Of a DNA stretch of 64,000 nt, positions 1 to 12,902 are shown one piece after another (the first letter of the stretch is position 1; every line of letters starts with the position of its first letter). A program made the translations under genes and the position numbers. The DNA comes from Octopus sinensis (taxonomy: Eukaryota): NCBI RefSeq assembly GCF_006345805.1, contig NC_043005.1, positions 98,022,001-98,086,000 of the forward strand, read 5' to 3'. The notes beneath the pieces are model-generated. The model worked only from the letters and a program-made list of their open reading frames with translations, was not told where the DNA came from and did not search any database.

Positions 1-787
1 CATTTTTTGGGATAGACACTAACAAAATGGTAAACTGGGGCACCACAGCAGTATTTTAGGGGTGTCATTAAAAAATTTTGCTTTAGCCATAGTAATTGCA
101 ATAAACTACTAGTTCTCTTTCTCTAACACTTAACATAGTTCAACATGTTCCCAGCCAAGGAAACAAGTTCAGTTAAAGAGGGTTATTGCAAGCTCACACA
201 AATGAATGGGTGAAAAAGGAAATAGGAATATTGAAACCAGTATCAATAAACTAATTTTAAAAGATGGGATGGCTATGGGGTTCCACCAGAGTAAAATAGT
301 AATCATAGAGGTCCATAAGTAAAAAAAAATGGTTGAGAACCACTTCTTTAGAGCAAAGCAATCAGTGAGTACAGTTGTTGCATAACTGTGCTGCACAATA
401 TGAAGATAAATACGTTTTTTAGTTGCACTTATTTTCAAACTCATTTGGTCTAAGAATGTGCATATTGGAACTAAAATAATTGCATCTTGGAAGCCCCATT
501 GTAAACATTAAAAAAAACAGACATTATTGTATTCACTCTTAATTTATTATTATTTTTGTCATTATAATAATCACACATACACACACATACGCGTACACGT
601 GCACACACCACACACACACACATACACACACATACGCGTACACATGCACACACACACACATTAAACTTCACTACTGATACACTACTTCACCTGTATCTGT
701 TAAATGTGTGAAGTTCTTAGAGGCTGTATATTAGATTTATTTCATTTTTATATTTTTTTAACCTAATAATATTAGTTCTTAAACATA

Positions 788-1005
788 GGATGGTGAACTG
801 GCAGAATTGTTAGCCTGCCAGGTGGAATGCTTAGTGGCATTTTGTCTGTCTTCACATTCTGAGTTCAAATTCCAGTGAGGTCAACTTTGCCTTTCATCCT
901 GTAAGGGTTGATAAAATAAATACCAGTCAAATATTGGGGTCGATGTAATTAACTTCCCCCCCTCCCCTCAAAACCTGATGGCCTTGTGCCAAAATTTGAA
1001 ATCAC
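788..1005 (+). mobile_element. tRNA-derived SINE (family 'C'); related copies at ~16295-16480, 19545-19775, 59155-59310
   Basis: A-box-like TGAACTGGCAG and B-box-like GAGTTCAAATTCC followed by conserved body (ctttgcctttcatcct...ggggtcgatgtaatt) repeated at several loci in the window. Confidence 0.75.
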
Positions 1006-1687
1006 TATTAGTTCTCAAAGAGACTCCTTGGCACCGACTCCTGGATTTTAGGAGAGGGGCACAGTGCATTGAGTCAACAACTCATATACATGTTCTGTAC
1101 TTATTAACTGAAATACACATTTGGTACATAGCTTATCAACCAAGATATATAAATCTTAAGGTTTCTATCCTTTGAATTTCTTGAAAGTTTATCTGAGCAG
1201 TGCTGTTGAGATTGGAATTGGTTTATAAGAATTACTTATTAACTACTAAAAGAGAAACATTATCTGCACTAATATTTATTTTGGCTCTTCACCTTTCCTT
1301 CCATGTAACTTTTGCTTTGGCTACAGGCCAAACTTTACATTTTAAAAACAGAAAATATGAATGGTAGCTTTTGGATTTATTACTGAATGTCGTCTCACTT
1401 GCTCACCAGAGTGCAACAGATGCAGCATAATAGAAATTATTCTCTCCAGAGTCTGTATACAAAGCGATGTGTGTGTACTGAATGAGAAACTTCTTGAGGC
1501 AAACTTAATTATAGAAAAGCTTATCTTTTGTTGAAAGAACCTTTGGGATTTGTCAAAAATTACTGAAATGTAAAATGGGGTAAAAAAGAAGAAAAAAAAA
1601 GAAATTGTTCAAATCAAAACTCATTCTTTCAAACAATTTGTGAAATGTGAAGCGCAGTAACAGCAGCTACAAAATGTTTAAATATTT

Positions 1688-1699
1688 GAACAACAACAA

Positions 1700-1740
<41 letters not shown>

Positions 1741-1752
1741 CCAGCAGCAGCA

Positions 1753-1784
<32 letters not shown>

Positions 1785-1806
1785 AGCAACAATGACAACA
1801 ACAATT
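1688..1806. repeat. (CAA/CAG)n trinucleotide microsatellite
   Basis: Direct reading; flanked by stops, no coding context. Confidence 0.95.
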
Positions 1807-2500
1807 TAACTATCTATTCTAATTCTTCTATTTGAAGAGGGTTTAAAAGATGGCCACAAGCCCTATCATTTTCCTTGGGCTTAGAAATTAAAATATGTTA
1901 ATTCACATGGTGGTTAAGCTCTTGGAGTCATAATGGTAAAGTCATGGATGTTTAAGAGTAGAAGTAGCATTGCTCTGGCCCCGATAACATTATAATTTCC
2001 TGGTTCCAAATGAGTCAGGTATAATAACAACAACAAAACAAAATATGAATATAAAAATTGTAATTGACTGCCACCCTTTATTCAAATGCCTAAATGAAGG
2101 TACATCAAAAGATGGTTCATCTTGAAAGATTCTGTCAGAAAATATACATATTGGTTTCTCATGCCGTTGAAATTTGATGATGTATGCAGTATAGAACAGG
2201 AAATCAAATATGTGACATGCCTTCTGCTGGAAAACAGGAACAAGCGTATGGTGTCTAGGCTATCTGTGAAATAAACTTACACTCTGCTGAGATCTGGACT
2301 TGACAGTGCCTTCCCACTGGAGAATAACAGGAAAGATTCCTCTTTTTAAAGCTGATGGTGGGCTCCAGTGAGCAAACATAAAAAATTTGCCTGTGCTAGG
2401 CTGGTCTGTCACATGAAACTCTGTGTAACAACTTTTGTTATATTTCTGCTGCTTTTAATAAAGTATATATATATATATATAATATATATATATATAAATG

Positions 2501-2720
2501 TATAAAATTGGGGAAGGCCAATTTATGGGATTACCTTAGGTTTCCTGTCCATAAAGGGTTTAGCTTTATGGTATATCATCCCAAAACCTGTTGGCCCAAG
2601 ATATTCTTAAGAGGCCTTAGGCCAACAGGTTTTGAGATGTGATGATATACCATAAAGCTAAACCCTTTATGGACAGGAAACCTAAGGTAATCCCATAAAC
2701 CAGCCTTCCCCATTTTTATA
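2501..2720. repeat. Fold-back (hairpin) element / MITE-like inverted repeat
   Basis: 2522-2580 is the exact reverse complement of 2641-2699 (59 bp); imperfect outer and inner arms extend it; sits next to a (TA)n tract. Confidence 0.9.
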
Positions 2721-2835
2721 GTATACTGCTCTATATCTTAGAGTGGGCGTCTTCCAGATTTATTTTTTTTGCAGATTATATATATATGTGTGTGTGTGTT
2801 TATATATATATATAATATGATATAAATAGTATATA

Positions 2836-3190
2836 AATATATGCATATATACATACATATATGTACATACCTACATATATATGCATATATACATGCATAC
2901 ATGGGTACAGGACATCAAAAAAATGTTGAACACAATGAGAAAGGAAAGCATAAAAGCAAAAACATAGAAACGAACTTTAGGGACAACTGAAGAAGGGGAA
3001 TATTCTTTATGTTGTATGTCTCAGTTCTCTGTTTTTTTTGTTCCAAAAAAAGTTCGTTTCTATGTTTTTGTTTTTATGTTTTCGTTTCTCATTGTGTTCA
3101 ACATTGTTTTGATGTCCTGTACCCAGATATGCATGTATATATACATATATATATAGGTATGTACATATATGTATGCATATATGCATATAT
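2836..3190. repeat. Imperfect inverted repeat, ~140-bp arms around a ~70-bp spacer
   Basis: tgggtacaggacatcaaaa...catagaaacgaacttt is mirrored by aaagttcgtttctatg...gatgtcctgtaccca. Confidence 0.8.
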
Positions 3191-4508
3191 TAATATATTA
3201 TTTATATTATTTATGATCGAATGCCATGCATCTTTTTCCAAGTAAGTATATATATATATATATATATCCCCACATATACAAATAGAAAAAAAGGGGCACT
3301 CAAGATATTTAGTAGAAACTGTATTTATTATTATTTAAAACAGTCTGATATGGCCCTGTGCAACTTAGAGTTTCGTAGGCTCATTAAAGTAACCTAGCTT
3401 GTTGGGCTTAGGTGGCCACACTGAGAGCTGCAGGAAGTCCAAGATGGCTGCTGGAACCTGAGTGGCTATTGGTCAAAGTAGGTCAGATGCTGTTGGAATT
3501 ACAGTTACAACAGATCCATCTAAATTTCTTGAATTGCATGGCTGGACAGCAAATTTGTGCTGCCCCATAGTCTGGCTGGCATCCAAAAGAACTTAAATGG
3601 CATCAATAGCCAATGAGGGTAAGTTTGCATACACGCACTTCTCTGTGTGTATGCATGCATGTGTTCATGCTTGCAGTATGAATGCGTGAATGTCCATGTT
3701 TGCATATGTATCTACTATGTGTGTGGGTAAAGGGAGTCCATGTCCATGTGTGTGTGTGTGTGTGTGTGTGTGTGAGCTGGTAGCATCAACTTGCTGGTTC
3801 ATACGTATGTATTTGTTAGGGTGCGTGTGTTTATGGGTGTGGGTGCATATCAGCTATGTGTATATCAACTGTGTGTATGCTTATATGTTTGTATACATGG
3901 GTATGTGTGTATCAGATCAGTTTTGCATGTGTGTGTGTGTGCTTGAATGCATATGCATTAGTGCCTGCATTTACACACTTAACAGGCAGAATTCATCTTT
4001 TCAAATTTTGATGAAGGACTATGCTTGAGATGAAGGACTATGCTTAAGAGTAGATTTTCCCATTCTCCATATATATCATCATCATCATCATCATCATTTA
4101 ATGTCCGCCTTCCATGCTGGCATGGGTTGGCCGGTTTGACAGGAGCTGGCCAGGCAGGAGCCTGCACCAGATTTCTATTTATGTTTTGGCAAGGCTTTTA
4201 TGGCTGGATGCCCTTCCTAGCACCAACCACCCAACAGATTGGACTGAGTGCTTTTTATGAGGCACAAGCACAGGTGAGGTCAGTTTTGGCATGGTTTTTA
4301 CAGGTGGATGCTCTTCCTAACACCAACCAGTTTACAGTGTGGAGTGGAGGCTTTTTACATGGCATCAGCACTGGTGTGGCATTAATGAACTGGTTGGCTA
4401 AGCAACATCCTGTTTGACCAATGTACAGGGCAAGACAGAGAGCAAGAGATCAAAAGTACATACGTACATGCATATAAATACATATATATATTCATATATA
4501 TATCCATA

Positions 4509-5420
4509 CATCATCATCATCATCATCATCGTTTAGTGTCCGTTTTCCATGCTAGCATGGGTTGGACGGTTCTACTGGAGTCTGTGAAGCCAGAAGGTTT
4601 CATCAGGCCCAGTCAAATCTGGCAGTGTTTCTACGGCTGGATGCCCTTCCTAACGCCAACCACTCCGTGAGTGTAGTGGGTGCTTTTTACGTGCCACCCG
4701 CACTGGTGCCAGACAGAGCTGGCAAACGGCCACGAACGGATGGTGCTTTTTATGTGCCACCGGCACGAGGGCCAGGCGAGGCTGGCAACGGACACGAAAT
4801 GGGGCGGTGCTGGCAACGGTCGCGAAACGGAAAGTTCTCTTACATGCCACCGGCACTGGTAACACATCTGCAATTTCCATTGATCGATTTCGATTCTGAT
4901 CCTAACTTGCCTCAACGGGTCTTCACAAGTAGAGTTTCGGCATGCCGCCGGCACTGGTAACACATCCGCAATTTCCATTGATCGATTTTGATTCTGATCC
5001 TCACTTGCCTCAACACGTCTTCACAAGTAGAGTTTTGTGTCCCAAGAAGGGAAGGTATGCATACGTAGGCTGGCTCCATCCCATGTAGAAGGCCACGGGT
5101 TATGGACTCACTTGTCTTGCCGGGTCTTCTCGCGCACAGCACACTTCCAGAGGTCTCGGTCTCTAGTCATTTCCTCAGTGAGACCTAAAGTTCGAAGGTC
5201 ATGCTTCACCACCTCGTCCCAGGTTTTCCTGGGTCTGCCTCTTCCACAGGTTCCCTCAACCGCTGTGTGTGTACTTTTCACACAACTATCTTCATCCATT
5301 CTTGCCACATGACCATACCAGCGCAAACGTCTCTCTTGCACACCACAACTGATGCTTCTTAGGTCCAGCTTTTCTCTCAAGGTACTTACACTCTGCCGAG
5401 TGTGAGTACCAGCATTACAC
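4509..5420 (-). mobile_element. 5'-truncated RTE-clade LINE (ORF C-terminus + 3'UTR + (GAT)n tail)
   Basis: ORF 5108-5452 reads RRLRWYGHVARMDEDSCVK...GRGRPRKTW, the typical RTE C-terminus; 3'UTR ends in a (CAT)n tract on +; internal ~98-bp duplication. Confidence 0.85.
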
Positions 5421-5435
5421 ATATATACATATACA

Positions 5436-5476
<41 letters not shown>

Positions 5477-5487
5477 AAATATACATA

Positions 5488-5525
<38 letters not shown>

Positions 5526-5545
5526 TACATATACATACATATACG

Positions 5546-5710
5546 TAGAGGCGCAATGGCCTAGTGGTTAGGGCAGCGGACTCGTGGTCGCAGGATCGCG
5601 GTTTCGATTCTCAGACCGGGCGTTGTGTGTGTTTATTGAGCGAAAACACCTAAAAGCTCTACGAGGCTCCGGCAGGGGGTGGTGATCCCTCCTGTACTCT
5701 TTCACCACAA
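5546..5710 (+). mobile_element. tRNA-derived SINE (family 'A'); copies at ~21377-21490, 61429-61690 and minus ~51655-51830
   Basis: A box TGGCCTAGTGG, B box GGTTTCGATTC, no acceptor-stem pairing, shared body gtgtttattgagcgaaaacacctaaaagctc. Confidence 0.8.
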
Positions 5711-5764
5711 TGGCGGTGCCCTAGCATGGCCACAGCTCAAGAGCTGAAACTGGAAAAAACAAAC

Positions 5765-5835
5765 AAAAATATATATAAATATACATATACATATATATAT
5801 ACATATATATATACATACATACATATATACATATA

Positions 5836-5871
<36 letters not shown>

Positions 5872-6222
5872 TACATACATATATACATACATATATATAT
5901 ATATATATACATACATACATATATATAAATATACATATACATATATATATACATACATATATATATATACATACATATATATATATATACATACATATAT
6001 ATATATATATACATACATACATACATATATATATATACACACATACATATATATATATAAATATACATATACATACACATATACATATACATACACATAT
6101 ATATATATATATACATACATATATATCTACATACATACATATATATATACATATATATATACATACATACATATATATATATACATACATATATATACAC
6201 ATACATATATATATACACATAC

Positions 6223-6253
<31 letters not shown>

Positions 6254-6475
6254 CATACACATATATATATACATACACATATATATATACATACACATAT
6301 ATATACATACATACACATATATATACATACATATATACACACATATATATACATATACACACATATATATATACATATACACACATATATATACACCTAT
6401 ATATATATACACAAACACATATATATACACCTATATATATATATACATATATCTATACACACATATATATATGTA
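5765..6475. repeat. (TA)/(TACA) low-complexity microsatellite block
   Basis: Direct reading; source of spurious Y/I/T/H ORFs. Confidence 0.95.
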
Positions 6476-6604
6476 TGACGAACTTCCTTAAGCTTTGGTC
6501 AGCCTGAGGCTATAGCAGAAGACACTTGCCCACACTTGTGACACGTGCCCAAGGTGCCATGCAGTGGGACTGAACCTGGAACCATGTGGTTGGTTTCCAA
6601 GCTA

Positions 6605-6637
<33 letters not shown>

Positions 6638-7050
6638 TCTTTACTCTTTTACTTGTTTCAGTCATTTGACTGCGGCCATGCTGGAGCACTGCCTCTAGTT
6701 GAGCAAATCACCCCCAGAACTTTGTAAGCCTAGTATTTATTCTATCGGTCTCTTTTGACGAACCACTAAGTTACAGGAACATAAACACACCAGCAACGGT
6801 TGTCAAGCGATGCTGGTGGGACAAATACAGACACACAAACATATACACATACATACATATATATATATACATACATACATGTATACATATACGACGGGCT
6901 TCTTTCAGTTTCCATCTACCAAATCCACTCACAAGGCCTTGGTCAGCTTGAGGCTATAGTAGAAGACTTGGCCAAGGTGCCATGCAGTAAAACTGAACCC
7001 GGAACCATGTGGTTGGTAAGCAAGCTACTTACCACACAGCCACTCCTGCG

Positions 7051-7052
<2 letters not shown>
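6476..7052 (-). mobile_element. Two partial copies of tRNA-derived SINE family 'B'
   Basis: Reverse complement of gcaggagtggctgtgtggtaag...gggttcag...cttgggcaagtgtcttctactatagcctc... Confidence 0.75.
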
Positions 7053-7094
<42 letters not shown>

Positions 7095-7098
<4 letters not shown>

Positions 7099-7505
7099 AC
7101 ACCCTAGCGATTGAGGAAACCTGTGGAAGAGGTAGACCCAGGAAGACCTGGGATGAAGTGGTGAAGCACGACCTTCGAACATTAGGCCTCACTAAGGAAA
7201 TGACTAGCGACCGAGACTTTTGGAAATATGCTGTGCTCGAGAAGACCCATCAAGCCAAATGAGACCTTAACCTGTGGTCTATGCCAGGAGCGTAACCAGC
7301 CCGCTTATGCGTACCTTTTCCTTCTTTGGTCACTAAACTCTGCTTGCGAAGACCTGTTGAGGCAAGTGAAATCAAAATCAAATCAAAATCAATTCAGTGA
7401 CTGGCATCCGTGCTAGCAAGGTGCAAAGAGCACCATACGAGTGTGATTGTTGACAGAGCAGCTATTCAAGTATGATCGTTACCAGCGTCGCTTTACTGGC
7501 ACTCA
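7095..7505 (+). mobile_element. RTE LINE 3' fragment
   Basis: Encodes ETCGRGRPRKTWDEVVKHDLRTLGLTKEMTSDRDFWKYAV, same family as 4509-5420. Confidence 0.8.
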
Positions 7506-7564
7506 CGGACATTCACACATTCATATAGTGTGTGTGTGTACATAAATGTATGTATTATATATAT

Positions 7565-7612
<48 letters not shown>

Positions 7613-7708
7613 GTATATATATAATATATATATATGTATATATATATATATGTATACATATATATGTATATATATATATGTATATATATATGTATATATA
7701 TGTATATA

Positions 7709-7765
<57 letters not shown>

Positions 7766-7944
7766 CATCATCATCATCATTTAGCGTCCGTTTTCCATGC
7801 TAGCATGGGTTGGACGGTTCAACTGGGGTCTGTGAAGCTGGAAGGCTTCATCAGGCCCAGTCAGACCTGGCAGTGTTTCTACGGCTGGATGCCCTTCCTA
7901 ACGCCATATATATATGTATATATGTATGCATGTATATATATATA

Positions 7945-7976
<32 letters not shown>

Positions 7977-8015
7977 TGCATTTGGATTCAGTTCTCATCC
8001 CTAGCTAGTGACTGT

Positions 8016-8060
8016 CACACACTGATGACAGGTTGCTACCCAGAAACCCAGGTCTGTGTG
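8016..8060 (+). ncRNA. Decayed minimal type-I hammerhead ribozyme motif
   Basis: cacaca CTGATGA caggttgctaccca GAAA cccagg TC tgtgtg: 6-bp stem I, intact core, GUC site; stems II and III are restored by three CpA->CpG reversions. Confidence 0.65.
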
Positions 8061-8149
8061 TATCACATAAGGCCAGAGATGGAATGATTTCCCTTTGCAA
8101 ATATTGATTGGACACAGATAATGTGTCATTAGCCAACTGGAGGAAATGC

Positions 8150-8860
8150 ATCTTTTTCAGCTGTCAGTCGTAGGTCAACGTTGACTGTTCTCGTTCAGTA
8201 ATCATCTCTGGCAGGCTTGCATGTGTGTTGCAAGTCCTGCTCTTGACCTGCAGCAGCGATGACATCTATTGAAGCTTCTTGGTACAGCAGAGAAGTGATG
8301 CTGTTCATGTGCTCTTTTGTATTCCCTCTGTTGTTTCTCCCCCAATAGCTGAAATTGCAAGCCTCAGCGATTGGTGTGATTCATCATGCTACAGGGCCTT
8401 CCTCACTCAGTTGTCTGAAGAGATGCCAGAGTTATTCATATGTCTTTTCAGTACATCCCTGTATCGCAACTTCTGGCCACCATGGATCCCTCTGCCCTGA
8501 CACAGTTCACCATAAGAAATTGTCTTTGGGAGTTTGCTGCCCTCCGTTTTGCAAACATATCCCACCCAGTGCAACTATGATGATGTAATGAGGGGCCCCA
8601 CACAAAATGTGTCAGAGCGGTGCAAGATTTTTGCATCAAGAATGTGATCCTGCCATCTGATATGCAAGATATAGTGCAGATGACAAAGTTGGACTCGTGT
8701 CTAGGCCTTGATGCCCCTGCAGTAGAGGGTCATGCATTCTGTGACATAGAGAACACAAGGAAGCACTGTAGTACCATACACCTTTATCTTTGTGTTGCAG
8801 ACAATATCATAGCAGCTCCATAGATACTTCTTGAGAGACCCAGAGGCCTTTGTGGAGGAT
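8150..8860 (-). mobile_element. Degenerate RTE-BovB-like LINE 3' fragment
   Basis: Minus-strand translation with stops: KIKVYGTTVLPCVLYVTEC...LHWVGYVCKTEGSKLPKTISYGELCQGRG..GGQKLRYRDVLK...CHRCCRSRAGLATHMQAC. Confidence 0.75.
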
Positions 8861-8869
8861 AAGACAGTT

Positions 8870-8931
8870 AGATAGATAGATAGATAGATAGATAGATGAT
8901 AGTTAGATAGATAGATAGATAGATGATAGAT

Positions 8932-8969
<38 letters not shown>

Positions 8970-9120
8970 TTAATTAGATAGATAGATAGATAGACAGCTA
9001 GACAGATAGACAGATAGATAGATAGATAGATGATAGTTAGATAGATAGATAGATGATAGATAGATAGTGAGGTAGATAGATAGAGGATAGATAGATAGAT
9101 AGATAGATAGATAAATAGAT
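8870..9120. repeat. (GATA)n microsatellite, left flank of Tx1 element
   Basis: Direct reading. Confidence 0.97.
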
Positions 9121-9421
9121 AACTTTCTTTTATTAGCCACACAGGGCTGAATACAGAGGGGACAAATACAAATGTAGAGCTTTTCTTTTCGAGGGTGGAA
9201 AAAAGGAAATAAATGTAAGATTGCGATCAAAAGGGATCGAGAGGAAAAAAAAAAAAAAAAGGAAAGAAATCGTGTATCACAGAAACATTGATAAAAACAT
9301 TGATAAAACAAGATTGGGTTCATCCGTGGGAAGAAAAGCCTACAGAAAAGACCACGGGAACCTCAGTCAGGGAGGAAATAAGCACATGAGAGCAAAATGC
9401 TCTCTCTTTCTTTTTTATGAT

Positions 9422-12400
9422 TTACAGGGTCATGCTCATCTTTGCAACATTCACCCATCTTTTTTTTAATCTTTCGCGAGACAAAACTTCCCTCTCCATT
9501 CTCACCTTCCTTTTCAAGTGGTACTTGAAAAAGTTGATGAGCGATTGGCCAAAGAGGTAAGTGTTTGTCTCTAATCCTTTCGCTCGGGTCCACCACACAC
9601 ATTCTTTCACCATGGCCACCAGTACGATGAAAACTGCCTTGCCTTTCCGGTTGAGGGAAGGGGGCGGAGCAATTCTCACGAGAGACTCGACCGATAGGCA
9701 GATTCGTCCCACACGTGACAGCGGCCGTTCGGCATAAGCCCACAGGTCTGAAATGGTTGGACATTGCACGAGTGCGTGCAGAACGGTTTCGTCGCTCTGA
9801 CCGCATCTCGGGCAAGTTGGTCCAGTGTGTCTGGAACCGTGTCTGTAGAGCTTATCCCGAACAGGTAATGCTTCTCGATAGCACTGCCAGGCCAGGGATC
9901 TTTGGTGATTGTTCATAGGTCCCGGCCCGAAAGTTGTCCTGAACAGGCGGGTCAGGTGTTCCTCGTCGACGCCCAGACTCTGCCCGAGTTCGTCGTCGCA
10001 CCTCCCCTCCACTAATCCTCTATAGAATGCCTTTGTTGTGATGGAGTCGCACAAGTTCGATCCCGGACGGCAGAGTTGCTTGAGAGCAACGCGACACTCG
10101 CGGTGCCATTCGCCTAGCCTCGGTCCTCTGCTTGATCCATGACTGTAGTTCGCCAAGGAGACGAGCTGCGGAAAGCAGCGCGCGCACAAAAGGCGACCAC
10201 ACCCTTTCACCGTCGTCTATGAAGCGCCGGAGATGTCGCAGTCTCAGCGCATGTCTGCGCATCATCAACCACGGCATGCCCAGCCCTCCATTTAGTGGGT
10301 GTTGACAGCAAATGGATCGCCTAACCATCGGAACGTTTCCCTTCCACAGGAAGCGGAAGAGTATACGTTCCAGTTTGGTGATGGTAGGGTCAGGACAAGG
10401 CACGATGGTCAGACGATACTCGATGACAGATGCGATGTACGCGTTCGCCACCTCCGCCCGACCTTTTAGGGATAGCTTTCTCTCAGCCCATTTCTGGGTG
10501 AGAGTAGCCACCCTAGTCGTTATCTCGCCCCAGTTCTTCTCCATTTGGAGGTCCGGACCGAACCAGACCCCGAGCAATTTAACCGGTCCGTCTGTCCAGC
10601 GTCCCACGATGGAGACGCTGTTGGACGGCATGGGCCTGCTTCTCCAGGTGCCGAGCCGTAAGCCCACTGACTTTTCTTGGTTAATTTTTGCTCCCGTTAC
10701 CGCTTCATATTCTTTTAGTGTCTCGCCGACCAGCTCGATGCGCTGGTAGCTCGACACTATGACGGTGACGTCATCCGCGTATGCAGACACGCTCCTCCCG
10801 CATCCCAACTCTTGTGGGATGCCCCTCAGCGTCGCCAGTTTCCACAGTAGTGGCTCAAGAGTCAATACATACAGCAGCGATGAGTGGGGGCATCCCTGAC
10901 GAACCGAACACATGATGTTAAAAGGTCTGGATAGATGACCATTTACGCGAACTACTGAGCGGATGCCGCTGCATAAGGCAGCGATCCAACCGCGGAAAAC
11001 TGGACCGAAACCAGCCGCTTTAAGGACAGCCTCCAAGTAGTGATGGTCTACCCTATCGAAAGCTTTTGATTGATCCAAATTGATCAGCGCCCCACCCATG
11101 CCAGGATTCTTAACTACCCTGTCTATGATGTAGCGCATCAGATGGAGGTTGTCACGAATACTTCTACCCGCACGGCGCATGTTTGCGCCTTGTCGATTAG
11201 TTTCTTGATGACAAGCGCCAACCTCTCGGCTAACACCTTGGCCAAAATTTTCAAATCTTCGCGTTGAGCAGAGTGATGGGCCTGAAATTATCTATGACGT
11301 CCCCCTTGTTTGGGTCTTTCTTAATCAGTGCCACTGCTCCTCGCTTTACAAAAGCAGGAATGCTCCCGTTTTGCTGCCAGTTGCAGTAGACAGCTGCCAA
11401 GACGCCTCCAAACAAGTCTGGCATATGACAATAAAGTTCGTAGGGCAGACCATCCAAGCCTGGTGACTTGTCTCTCGCGCAGCCCTCCATCGCATCCTGT
11501 ACGTCCGCAGCTGTGATAGGCCTTTCACAAGACTCCACCTCTCTTGCTGAGAGTCGTGGCAAGGCATGCAGGTAGGCACTAAAGTCCACTCCGCGTTCTG
11601 ACCCACCACTTGTCCCAAACAGTTGGGTGAAGTGTTGTTGAAAAGCCCCACACATCCTTTTAGGCTCGAGCAATTCGCGCCCCTGTTCATCTATAAGAGA
11701 CTTGATGGTGGCTCTGTTGCCGTCGTTGCGTCTCCACCACTCGGCCTCTTGGGCGGCTCCATCTCCTTCGTTCCTCAGAGCACGTATCCTAGCTCTGACA
11801 ACGCATCCCTCGTGTTTGGCGTTGAGGTGTTGGTCGAGGGCCAATCTCGCCGCCAGCACGTTGGACGCGATGCCAGTTCTAAGTGCCTCTTCTAAAACCT
11901 TAACTAATTCTCCCTCTATTCTATTTCGGTCTAATGCTAGGGCTTTACTGTATCTGACTGATTCTGCTTTAATTGCTTTTTTTAGGGCATACCACCATCT
12001 GTTGTTGATGATGGTACCCGTCAAAGCTCTCTTAACTAATGTGCTGATCCGGTCCCTGTAAACCTGTCGTGCTGTAAAAGACGCGTTCAGTTTCCAGTAA
12101 CCAGGACCCTGCCTATGTGTCTTATCTAAGTCAAGTGTACAAGTCACAAACTTGTGATCTGTGTAACTGACTATATGAAATTGTGGACAACCTACACTAT
12201 TTTTATATATTGTCCTACAGAATACTCTATCTAAGTATGATCTGGACGACCCGATGCGGTTACTCCATGTCCACATTGGCACATTCGGGTGGTCCAGTCG
12301 GTACCTGTCAGACAGTTGGAAACGTCTGAGCAGGTCTTTGAGGCATTTGCCTCCCCTTCTATTGCTATCTCTGCCCACGTAGTCTAGATGCGTGTCCAGG

Positions 12401-12834
12401 GTGGCATTCCAATCCACCACTAAAAGTAAAGGACGAGACGTTCCCATGAAAGACTCTAGACATCGAAAGAAATCTGGTCGGCCTGTTAAGGACGGAGCAT
12501 AAACTGTTATCAGTCGAAAAGCACACTCATTGCTTCCATCGACATCCAAAACGACCAGCCTACCCTCCGGGTCTAGGAAAATTGCTCTTACTTTGAGATC
12601 CAGACTCTTCGGGAGAAGCACCGCGGTGCGACCTCCGCCCATTCTCGGTAGACACGGAGAAAAATAAATGTTGAAATGTGTACCGAACATGTGCTGGAGT
12701 GCCCGCGAGCTGTGGAGTCTGGTCTCACTGATAGCTATGATATTCAGATTTAGTGACTTCATGTCATTTAACAGGTAGCCTTGTTTCCAAGGCGACCCCA
12801 AGCCACGTACATTTATACTGCCTATTCTGAGCAT
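9422..12834 (-). pseudogene. ORF2: AP endonuclease + reverse transcriptase + CCHC (zf-RVT) domain, frameshifted
   Basis: SINVRG, ISET, VYAP, DWN, YLDR, TDH, PGYWKLN (APE/L1-Tx1 signature); DQSKAFDRV, VRQGCP, AYADD (RT); CPRCGQSDETVLHALVQC. Frameshifts near 11250 (+1), 11168 (-1) and ~10190. Confidence 0.9.
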
Positions 12835-12902
12835 GTTCCGATAAAAAATTGTCTTTTATACACGAAAAGAAAGTGCAAAAAAGGAAAGAGAGAGAGAAAA
12901 GG

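Noticed and set aside
169-444. Hydrophobic 91-aa ORF resembling a membrane protein
   Set aside because: Overlaps a hAT-MITE-like end (ggtccataag...aaaatggttgagaaccac, also seen at ~16660-16720); no recognisable domain or splice context
2984-3005. CTGAAGA as a complete hammerhead
   Set aside because: No downstream GAAA or stem III in register; at best a half motif
5546-5625. Possible tRNA gene (A and B boxes)
   Set aside because: No acceptor stem, and it continues into a repeated SINE body; the same holds for all other SINE heads
5702-6478. Long ORFs of 220-250 aa rich in Y/I/C/V/M/T/H (also 7.5-8.0, 23.7-24.5, 15.25-15.7 kb etc.)
   Set aside because: Translations of (TA)n/(TACA)n/(GATA)n microsatellites lacking stops
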